Source: Scyliorhinus canicula
Taxonomy: Eukaryota
Reading direction: 5' to 3'
Assembly: GCF_902713615.1 (NCBI RefSeq)
Contig: NC_052154.1
Coordinates: 159,380,754 to 159,444,753 of the forward strand
DNA: 64,000 nucleotides
Both the position numbers and the translations under genes were made by a program. The notes under the pieces were generated by a model, which was not told the DNA's origin, searched no databases, and worked only from the letters and a program-made list of their open reading frames with translations. How positions within the stretch are numbered: the first letter of the stretch is position 1; each line of letters begins with the position of its first letter. Shown here in pieces: positions 25,804 to 37,800 of the stretch.

Positions 25804-25835
<32 letters not shown>

Positions 25836-28800
25836 TGTTGGGTTACGGGTATAGGGTGGATACGTGGGTTTGAGTAGGGTGATCATTGCTCGGCACAACA
25901 TCGAGGGCCGAAGGGCCTGTTCTGTGCTGTACTGTTCTATGTTCTATGTCTAACACATCCCAGGGGATGCACCCAGTCTGAAGTCTGTGAGGCTGGGGGG
26001 GAAAGGGCTATTAAGAGACCACTTCAGGACCTTAATAGGGACAGGTGCTGGCTTCCGTCTGCCTACAGTAAAATTGCATGCTAGTTTATGCTCCCCCTCA
26101 TTCCTCAGAATCTGCGGGGGGGGGGGGTAAATTCTGGCCTGTAGATTTGACGGTCTTACAGCTCATGTATAGCTCAGCTTTATTTATTGCAAGTGTTTTG
26201 CACTGCAAAACTGATTGTGAAGGAATGTAGTTATATTAGTGTAACATTTATCAAACCAAGTTTGATCATCAACAATTATTGCTATGCCATCGGTTTAGTC
26301 CAGTGTTGCAAATATATGACTTTTTGATTTTTGGAATGAAAGTCTGAACTGTAGAAAATGGTATAAATCCACCTAAAGCATGCTTGGGAGTTTATTATAC
26401 TAAAGATTTGAGGTTAATAGCTTGAAAGGTAAGATCATAAAACAGGAGGTGCGCTTACTTAGTTAAAGAACTGGAAAAAAGGGTCTAGAGGTCATGGATA
26501 CAGTGTGCGCCATACTTTTCAGGGGACGGAGCATCACGAAAGTGGCACCGCCTCCGATTTTGGCGTCATCGGGGATTCTCCGCCCCGTCGCCGAACACAA
26601 GTTCGGCATCGGGGAACGGAGAATCCAGCCCCTGATGTCTGCAATCCTTGCAGTTAGGAGTAGTTGCAAGAAATGTTTTTGTTTTGGGAATTCAAGCTGA
26701 ATTAGTTTTAAAGCATTGCGTGAACCCCGAAAGGCTGTATAACCCGCTTTGACAAAGGGTTATCTGTACTCGAAACGTTAGTTCTTTTATCTCCCTGCAG
26801 ATGTTGCCAGACCTTCTGAGATTTTCCAGCATTTCCTCTTTGGTTTCAGATTCCAGCATCCGCAGTAATTTGCTTTTATTAAGCTGTATAACCCATTTAC
26901 TTAATCAGATCAAAGAATAAACTGTAAATAAGAGATAGTCAACTAAAGATTGGTTTGGGAAAACCCAGAGCATGCTACATTGTTATCGAGATGGGTGGAA
27001 CTTAGAAGGTTCTCTGATTTACCTGGCTGTTTTCCGCGAGTTAGCGGAGGTTTGGAGCTCACCGAGAGGAAATAGCCAAAATGAAGACAGTAAAATAGTC
27101 CTGCGCTGTAAGCAGCATAAAAAGAAAATTTTCATAATTCATCATGTGAAAGGCAGATGCGGATAAATCTCAGTTTGAATTTTGAGAGGGACAGAAACTG
27201 GAAGATTGTTGATTTTGAAACTAGTGGGAGAATCTACAGTGGTCTCTATAGTCTTTCAGCAAATAAAGCATTCAAGCAGATTAGCTTCGAAGTACAGACT
27301 GGACCATCCACAGTCCAGAGATAAAATAAAAAGTTTCTCTCTGAGAATTGTTGGAGCTGAGGGGAATTCTCCAGCGGACTGTGGCACACTAATGGGTGTC
27401 CCGACAGAAGCAAATAACTATTAAGATTATTGTGTCTTACAGTAGAATTCTTGGGGGAAATAAGTAGTAAACCACAGTGCATAGAATGTGTTGATAATTA
27501 CATGTTCTTTGTTTAATTTGTTCTAGGTACAATAAAAAATTTGTTTTTTAAAATAGATTTAGAGAACCCAATTATTTGTTTCTAATTAAGGGGCAATTTA
27601 GTCTGGCTAATCCACCTACCTTACACATCTTTGGGTTGAGTGTGCGAGACCCACGCAGACACGGGGAGAATGTGCAAACTCCACACGGACAGTGTCCCGG
27701 GGCCCGGATCGAAGCCGGTCGTCGGCACGTGAGGCAGCAGTGCTAACCACTGCACATTGTGCCCCCCTCAATAAAAAAAACTTAAAGTGAAATTTTGTGA
27801 TGGAGTTCTATTGGTTAAAATGTGCTCAGATTTCTCTATCAATGTCCCCAATGTGATTGTAACGCCTGTTATATTAACCTGCCTGACTAACAACCTCTAT
27901 TAAAACATGTCAATTTAAAATATATCTGTCCATTTCCAAATAATCTATTCAACATTCTTGAAGAGGTACTATGAAGTTCTTATTAGAATTTGACTTACCC
28001 ATTATTTTCAGAAAATGACTGGACGAGACAGGTTTGTTTGAAGTTTCAGAGTGAAGGATTTGCATTTTGAACTCTTTTCCATGGTCCAAATAAGTTGGAA
28101 TGAACGTCCTTTTCGACCATCGAGAGTACAAACCAGCACTATTCAACTGAATATCATCAGTTTCAACTCCATCATTAGTTTTCTCAAACCCTTTGAACCA
28201 GAATATTTGACTGTCTTTTGGAAAGAAGTCGAATGCTTTGCAGGAAAGTGTTACAGGTTTTCCCACTTCCGGGTGAGCTGGATCTGCTATAACTTCTGTT
28301 ACCTTTGGTGCTGACACTGCATGGATACAAAATTATCAGCGTTAATGGGATTGCATAACTGAATGAATGCCGCAATTTTTTTTAAAAGCACCTTGATAAA
28401 TTGTCAAACATTGATTTTATGATCAAATATTATTTTCCTGTAGCTCTGGAAATTCTCGTCCAAGATTAATGGACCTTTACATGGTCCATGTCCTGCCCGC
28501 GGCAATCTTGCGGCGGGCATGGCCAAAGAATCCAGCTCAATGAATTAAACATACAATAGAAAGTTGGGTTGCTCTGAACCCGCCACAAATATTAGGGTAT
28601 ATCTGAATTAAGACATGACACCTGTAATGGAGCTATCTTTAGTTTAACGTGGATGAGTCAAAAGCTCAATAATGTATTGATTACTGCCAATTTATACTTC
28701 CAACACACATTAACAGAACAATTATTTTGTCTCTTTTTGTGTTCTTCCTCTGTGACATTAAATTTATATTTCCATCTCATTCATGGCACAGTTAATTTCA

Positions 28801-31800
28801 CCATCTGGTACACCCATCCCAGTCAACGCTGCAAAGCCCTCCTGACTAACATATGGGAACTGGTGCCAAATTGAACAAGCTTTTCCACAGGCTTGCCAAG
28901 CAACAGGCTGGCGAGTCATACTCCAAATTATAGCTGTCAGGGAATGTTCTATACTCTTCTATCGCTATTCCTGGATGTGTCGTGAACCAGCACCAGGAAG
29001 ATAGAAACATCAGAGGTGACACGGATTGACCCTCAGAGACTACTAGTTTGACTCCAGACCCCATTCTATGCTCACATGCAGCAAGGCATGAATAGTATTC
29101 AGACATGGTTTCATGGGTTGATAAATAGCAAGTTACATTCAGAACTCAACCACTGACCATAAATATAACTGGGCTAGCCACAGAAATACTGTGGTTACAA
29201 TAACAGGTTAGAAGTTCAGTACTCTATCTCCCCAAAGTCTTTCCACCATCTACAAGACACACGAATGATGGAATAATCTCCACTTGCGTGGATAAGGGCA
29301 GCTCTAACAAAGCTCAATGAGTTCAACGGCATCCAAAGCAAAACTGTCCACTTGTTTGATACCCTACCTATCACCTTAAATATTCATTCTCTCCACCAGC
29401 ATAATGAAGCACTGTGCACTTTCTGCATTATGCACTACAGCAACTCACCAAGGTTAATTTAATAACAGCTTCTAAACCTAAAGAGAAGAAGGGTAGCAGG
29501 TGCATGGGAATACACCACCCATAATCCCCCTGCAAATTACACTCCATCCTGACTTAGAAATGTCATAGAATCATAGAATTTACAGTACAGAAGGAAGCAA
29601 TTGGGCCTCTCAAGTCTGCACCGGCACTTGGAAAGAGCACCCCATTTAAGCCCACACCTTCATCCTATCCCCGTAACCCCACCTAACCTTTTTGGACTCG
29701 AAGAGCAATTTAGCATGCCCAATCCACCTAACTTGCATATCTTTGGACTGTGGGAGGAAATCAAAGCAGCTGGTGGAAACCCACGCAGACACGGGGAGAA
29801 GGTGCAGTTCCACACAGTGACCCATGCCGGGAATCGAACCTCAGACCCTGGAGCTGTGAAGCAATAGTGTTAGTGCAAATATCTCGTCAATCCATTCATA
29901 ATTGGAGTTAAAAATCAGAAATTCCCTGCCCAACGGCACTGTGGGAATACCTACAAAGGACAACTGTAGCAGTTTTTAAAAAGTGACTCGCCACCTTCTG
30001 CAGAGTAATTGGGGATGGGACTTTGTTGAACTTGCTCATCGACACCCACGTCTTGCGAACAAGTCAAAAATCTTCAATCTTAAAAACTAAGGGGTGCAAT
30101 TTTCCCAAATTTGCAGAGTGTGGATGAAGTAAGAAAAGCTGTGTGAAACTCGCTGGTTTCACAGACGCCTTTTCTTGCCTGATGTAACTTTTAAAGTGCT
30201 GTGAGGTTCACACAGCCAGCTGGAGGGGCAGGGCCTAAATGGAGGGGCAGGGTGAACACACATAGGGCACCGTTTTAAAGGGCGCCCAGAGCTCAAAGTG
30301 AAATTTAAGGTGCTTCCCCCTCTCCCCAAGGGAGATTTGGCACCCCCATCATGCAAGTATTAGTGTCCACCTCGCCGCCCCCCCTTTCCTCCACAGCCAC
30401 AGCCCCTCCATCTTGGTCACTGTTGCCACCTCCCCCTCTCCCGGTCACAACCCTTTTCCCAATCATTAGCACTGCTTCAACCCCTTCACAGGCTTCAATC
30501 CAACTCCTCCCCCTCCCCCCAAACAATCATCGGGCTGAGCCCTCACCCCACCAAAAGGATCGGGGCACTGCCCCATTTCACAGCCCTGAGCCCTATTCAA
30601 TGCAGGCACCATCCCCATCCCCCGACTCCCACGCATTAACCTCTTTCCACTCTACATAAGGGAACCCCCTCCACCCCCATGGAGCTCCCCCAGAGGGCCC
30701 CAACCTGGCACTGCCACCCTGGCACTGACACCCACAGTGCCAGGGCACCCCTTGCCATGACCCACACCACCCGGGGGCTATCTGGTTTTCACTTTTGAGC
30801 GTGCCGTCATGCTGGGTGGATGGGAACATACGGTGTGGATGGAATTGGCGGCATTAGGCCGCAAATCAGATTTAAATGTATTATAAAATATGTGAATCAG
30901 ATTCACACCTTTCATCTATGTGAACCCCAACGCATCATCATTGAGGGGTAGGGAAGATCACACTCGAGAGCAGCACTGTGGTGCAGTGGTCAGATCGGGG
31001 GTGCTGAGATCCCCGGTTCGATCCAGCTTTGGGTCACTGCCCTGTGGAGTTTGCACATTCTCCCCGTGTTTTGGGGGGTTTTGCCCCACAACCCAAAAAG
31101 ATGTGCAGGGTAGGTGGATTGGCCACCCTAAATTGTCCCTTAATTGGAAAAAATGAATTGTGTACTCCTAAATTTAAAAAAAAATCACGCTTGGGATTGT
31201 TGCTAGTGCAAATCCCGTTTTTGGCCACTTATGAGATTTAGTAGCCATTACAGGATTTGCGCCTGTGGCTAGCGCTGCTGCTAAATTGTGGCCAAAGAGA
31301 TACATATCTGCAATCTCTGCACATTCAGGCACAAGATACCTTTTTCCTCTCACTACCTTATCAGCTTGCAGTAACCTGCAATGCAAATAATGTAAAACCC
31401 TGAATGTGCAAGAGTGGGCAGTACGGTAGCTCAGTTGCTTTACAGCTCCAGGATCCCATGTTCGATTCCTTTCTTGGGTCACTGTCTGTGCGGAGTCTGC
31501 ACGCTCTACTCGTGTCTGCGTGGGTTTTCTCCGGATACTCCGGTTTCCTCCCACAGTCCAAAGATGAGCAGGTTAGGTGGATTGGCCATGCTAAATTGCC
31601 CTTAGGTTCGGTGAGCTACTGGTTTACGGGGATAGGGTGGAGGTGTGGGCTTGAGTGGGGTGCTCTTTCCATGACCTGGTGCAGACTCGATGGGCCAAAT
31701 GGTCTCCATCTGCACTGTACATTCTATGATCTCTGAATTCCAACATATGGCTGTCAGATGTTCTGCTATTTTTCAAACGGACCTTTGTTCCAGAAGCAGA

Positions 31801-34800
31801 ACGCAAGGAAAATTTGTAATTTCTTGAAAGATCTGTGGAATCTGTAATTACATAGAATTACATAGAATTTACAGTGCAGAAGGAGGCCATTCGGCCCATC
31901 GAGTGCACCGGCTCCTGGAAAGAGCACCCTACCCAAGGTTAACACCTCCACCCTTTCCCCATAACCCAGTAACCCCACCCAACACTAAGGGCAATTTTGG
32001 ACACTAAGGGCAATTTATCACGGCTCATCCACCTAACCTGCACATCTTTGGACTGTGGGAGGAAACCGGAGCACCCGGAGGAAACCCACGCACACACGGG
32101 GAGGATGTGCAGACTCCGCACAGACAGTGACCCAAGCCAGAATCGAACCTGGGACCCTGGAGCTGTGAAGCGATTGTGCTATCCACAATGCTACTGTGCT
32201 GCCCAAAATTGTTTTCAAGAGCGTGAAGAGTCTGTAACAATTGTAAAAGGATTCACTGTAATTTCTTTGGATAATAATAAATACAGCTCCAAGTGACCTG
32301 GGTGCAGTATAAATAAGGAGGAAGTTAAGCAAGAAGTTGTGTGACTGGCAGTTGGGTATATAAGAGAGCTGCAAGCAGACAAGTTGGCGGGTGAAAGCGA
32401 TTGGCACATGGGTGCAGACATAATGAGAAAGAAGACCTGTACAGGAAGAGAAACACAGTGATTTCTCGTGCAGTGAAGAAGAAAATCACTCTCAGGAAAA
32501 GAACTGTTTTTTCCTGTTTGGCAGAAAAGAAGTCAGGAGCTATTCTGAGGTACTGTTCAAACTGGCTAAAAAAAAAGTCTAAAACCTGGAGAGCTGTGTG
32601 AATAGCTTGGAGATGCTTAAGGACTGGGTATTTTCCCAGAAGTGGTCAAACTGTGAAGTGTTATCATTTGGTCAGTTGAAAGGGAACTCTGGAACGCTAC
32701 ACCATCAGGTCTGTCATGATCCGAGGGGCAGAGCGTCCATAGAAATATGTTCTGGTGATGATAATCATACCCATGGAAACATGAAGGTAAAGACTGTTGT
32801 CAGATAGGACTCCGGACCTATCCCACGTGAATAAAGAACATGTCGTGGAATCGCGTAGCTATGCAGTGCCACTTGTGTGCAGGGAATAAAATGGATGCTT
32901 ATGATTGTGTAAGATCTAAAGTGAAATTTACCTCTTTATTTGATACATCATTTACCTGTTCATTAATGTGTAACTTGTGTTGACTCTGATTCATGTTGGA
33001 GAAAAAGCTACAAAAAGTATAGTCTTGGTAATTTTCCCATTTGGTTTTCATTCAGTGAACTTGGTTATTTTAGTTTGTGGTTTCCCCATGGGGGTTGTAA
33101 GAATGGTTGCTTACCCAGTTGATCGAGCTCCCAGTCAACTTCCAATGTCTGTAATAGGGTTTCGTGTTCAACTTGGCATCTAAATTTCTTCCCAACATCG
33201 GCTCTGGTAGGTATACACTTAACACTACTTGTCAAATAATACAGTCCATCATTTCCCAGAGTTGACTCGCTTTCTTCAGATTCTTCTATCATTTCTTCAT
33301 TATTTTTAAGCCATGTAACTCTGATGTTATTGGGGTAAAAAGAATGTATTCGACAGTATAAAGTCATGGGCTCTCCCGCAACCGGTTTTTCTGCACCATA
33401 TGTTATCTTGTCCAGTTTTGGAGTGGCTGAATAAGAAACAGGAAAAACAAACTTACTATAGATTTTTAACAGAGGAGGGTTAGAAATATTGGAGCCTAGA
33501 TTCTATTCTATGTGCGGCAAATGGCCAGAACATTTAATCCATTATGTTTTGAAAATTCAGAATGGGGAAAAGTACAAGATAAAAAGTTACACAATTACCG
33601 CAATTAGAGAAACATGCTCGGGACATTTCACTCATTGAAAATATTACATACCTGTAATGATCAGAGTTATTGATTTCCTCGCCACACTTCCAGTGCATTC
33701 ATGCTGTACCTCACAGATATACTCTGTGCCCTGATCTTGCAGTATATCTGGCATAATAACTAGTACGCTGGTGATGCCACATGATTTATCTTCATACTCA
33801 GCTTCACTTATGTGATGGTTACACTTCCGCTTCGTCCCATTGTCAGTAGGAACAACTGTTCTGTTGTTCTGATCAAAACCAACGATTTCTTTCAACTCAT
33901 CATTCTTCCCCTTTTGCTGCCATCTGATCTTTAATGGTCTTGGTTTAAATCCATTGATCGAACAAGTCAAGGCCACAAGTTCATTATGCAGAATGAGAAA
34001 CGGCACCACAATGTTTGAAACTTTTGGTGGGACTTTGGGAACAAGAAATAAAACCAAGATATCATCTATTTAAACCAAAACAATTTTCAGCATTAATAAG
34101 AGCGAGAAAATATTATTTTGCAGGCCGAATTCTCCATAATTTAGAGACTACAGATGGCAGAACTACCTTACTATTATTAACCACATGTCACTTCATATAA
34201 ATATGCAAGTTAACAAACTAAATCCAGAATTGATTCAAAGAGCATAAATAATAATTTACCTCCTTTAACATCCAGTTTTACAACTTTCAGAGCAGGCTGT
34301 GCAATAGCTTTATGGTGAACATGAAAAGTTAATTCAGCCTCATTATCTCTGAATAAATCAGGATATATTTTGACATCACACCGTACTCTGAAAGTTCCAT
34401 CTTTGTTAGTACAAATTTCTGGTATCAAAGGCCGAAAGGATGGGTCTTCTTGACAGCCATTTACAAGAAGGCATACTTCATGTGTGTTTGATTTGGACAC
34501 CAAACGTGTTTTGTTCTCCGGGCTACACCATTCAAAAATTGTTCTTTCGATTTGATCTCTCCTCTTCAAGATTAGATCAATTTTAATTTCCCACGGTCTA
34601 AATCTATTAACTTTGTAACTGATGGTGGTTTCTTCTAAATGGCGAAAGATGTTAGGCATGTTGCATTCGATAATTTCCGGAGCAACTAATAAAACAAAAT
34701 AACACATGTCAATTTAAACACTCATTTGCTTACTCTTTTTATTATCTTGCTGAGCTACAGGCTCACATGATACTTTGTATCTACACTGGACAGGGGTTTC

Positions 34801-37800
34801 AGTAAGGTTGTGCAGATTTTATTACCCCCCCCCCCCCCCCCCAAATCAGCCAAAGCAGTGATAATTGCAATCCGTGGAAGCTGAATTTCTGTGACCTTTT
34901 CTGCTGGTTTAGAAATTGTGCTGGAAGCGACCCACCCACACAACTAGCCATGGTCCATAACCATAGCATATAGGAACAGAATTAGGCCATTTGGCCCATC
35001 GTGTCTGTTCCGTCATTCAATCATGGCTGATATGCTGATATGTTTCTCATCTCCAGTCTTTTTTGGCACAAGCACACAAATAGTCACTTATTAAAAGTTT
35101 TAAATACTATTTTTCTTTTAATTTAGAAGAAACTGATTACCGTACACCAATAAAACTAGCAAACAATTCTGTATATTTTAAAAGTAACTTTCAATTATTT
35201 AAAATTGTGTCACTTATAGGACGTAATAAAAAATGCATATTTTTGAAATGCACAGCAGACAGCTATATTACGCAAACTGCACCGAATTTCGTAGTTCTGT
35301 CCTGAAATACGAGAGTGCTGCTCGAGAACTGGAGAATTTCAAATGCTATGTTCTTGTTCAATAAAAGGTGGAAGGATGAATCCAACAATTGCAGGCTAAT
35401 ATGTTTAACTCCAGTGATGGGGAAGCTTTTAGATATAATGTTCCAAATCAAAATCGGACTGGACAAATGTAGATTAATGTAGGCATGGACAAGTGTAGGC
35501 ATGGAATTGTTAAAGGCAAATTATGTTTAACTTTTTTTGAGAAGGTAACTGAGAGGGTTGATAAAGGTAATGGGGCTGTTGCAGGGTATATAAACTTCCT
35601 GAAGATGTTTCTAAATCACTAGCACAATGCCTGGTCCCAGGTTCAATTCCCGGCTTGGGTCACTGTCTGCGGAGCCTGCGCGTTCTCCGTGTGTCTGCGT
35701 GGGTTTCCTCCGGGTGCTCCGGTTTCCTCCCACAAGTCCCAAAAGACGTACTATTAGGTGATTTGGACATTCTGAATTCTCCCTCTGTGTACCCGAATAG
35801 GCGCTGGAAAGTGGCGACGAGGTGCTTTTCACAGTAACTTCATTACAGTGTTAAAGTAAGCCTACTTGTTACAATAAAGATTATTATAATAATCAACTTA
35901 TGAGTGGCCTTGAAACCTATGGAATAAATGGGACAGTGGGAGTATGGATATAAAAGTGGCTAAGGGATAGGGATCAGAGATTTGTGGTAAACGGGCATTT
36001 CTTGGACTAGAGGAAACTCCCCAGGGATCAGGCAGGAAAATGGCAGCACGGTAGCATTGTGGATAGCACAATCGCTTCACAGCTCCAGGGTCCCAGGTTC
36101 GATTCCGGCTTGGGTCACTGTCTGTGCGGAGTCTGCACATCCTCCCCGTGTGTGCGTGGGTTTCCTCCGGGTGCTCCGGTTTCCTCCCACAGTCAAAAGA
36201 TGTGCAAGTTAGGTGGATTGGAGATGATAAATTGCCCTTAGTGTCCAAAATTGCCCTTAGTGTTGGGTGGGGTTACTGGGTTATGGGGATAGGGTGGAGG
36301 TGTTAACCTTGGGTAGGGTGCTCTTTACAGGAGCCGGTGCAGACTCGATGGGCCGAATGGCCTCCTTCTGCACTGTAAATTCTATGATCTATGAAAATAG
36401 AGTTAAAGCCACAATCAGGCCAGATATGATCTTTCTAAACTGGGTTTGAGGGGAAAAAGCAGGAAGTGGAACTAACTAGATTTCTCTGAAGAGTGCCAGA
36501 ATGGACTTAATGAGCCAAATGGACTTCTATATTGTAACCATTTCATGATTCTAAGTTACTCATTTGGTAGAGATAGTCTTGTCAAAGTTTTTGATCTTGT
36601 ATTCATCAGGATTATTCATCAGGATAACTCTATGAGGGTGCTGATTTGTTTGCAAGTAATTTCTGAGTGATGGAGGCATTACCAGGGAGAATGCACCAGC
36701 GTGACTGACAAGCACTGCTTGAAATTTAAATTAGGCAACATGACTCTGATTGGTCAAGAAATTACCTGGAGGGATGACAGGTTAATGGTTGTCAAATATT
36801 TTGTTTAGCTGAAACAGATGCAATGTGTGTACCTGTTTGATCTGCTTGCAAAGGACAGGGTCCTGTGCATTAATATGTCACCTCCAGTACATGCAAATGC
36901 GTGACACTGAGCCTGACTGACAATCTCAAATAGGTTGTCAGCATAATTCTTAACACACTGAGGATTATTTAGCAAATGTCCAATCGTGGAATCACATTTA
37001 ATGTTAGACACTGTTTTGAATTTTGCAAGCACAGGGCAGTTCGATAAAGTCTGCACCTTGCCTGTTGTGAACAGTGGAAGAGAACAGCTGCTTGATAAAA
37101 TCCGCCAGTCTGTGTGTATGGCCTACAGTCCTAGCATTGCACCGGCACAGAAATTCATGCACCACATTATTAATTTATGTGATGGGCAAAATGTCTTTTT
37201 CATAGATCATAGAAGATCACAGATTTTACAGTGCAGAAGGAGGCCATTCGGCCCATCGAGTCTGCACCGGCTCTTTGCAAGAGCACCCTACCCAAGCCCA
37301 CACCTCCACCCTATCCCCACAACCCAGTAACCCAACCCAACACTAAGGCAAATTTTGGTCACCTAAGGGCAATATAACATGACCAATCCACCTAACCTGC
37401 ACATCTTTGAACTGTGGGAGGAAACCCACGCACACACGGGGAGAATGTGCAAACACCGCACAGAGAGTGAACCAAGCCGGGAATCGAACCTGGGACCCTG
37501 GAGCTGTGAAGCAATTGTGCTTACCACCATCCATGCTACTGTGCTGCCCAAAGTTTTTGACTTGATGGTAGCATCCTATTAGGTGTAATTTAAGTTACTA
37601 TGCTGAGGTACAAGAAGAAATATTTCTTAAAGCATTTGACTTGATAGCAGCATCCTGTTAGTGGTGATTTTAAGTTACTATGCTGAAGTATATGAAAAAA
37701 TATTTCTTAAAGCAAAATTGCATGGAGCGTTACAAATTAGTTTGAGTAGCAACACCACGGTGCAATTTGCAGTCAGATTTCCCATTGCAGCTGAATATAA

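Noticed and set aside
26749-26785. Second hammerhead-like motif (TTGACAAAGGG...CTCGAAACGTTAG)
   Set aside because: The catalytic core is mutated (TTGACAA instead of CTGAnGA), stem II is imperfect, and it is antisense to the gene; probably a dead repeat relic.
32233-32880. Solo-LTR-like block (TG start, TATATAA, AATAAA)
   Set aside because: No target-site duplication or second copy could be found in the window. Similar unassigned blocks lie at about 4925-5640 and 41760-42180.
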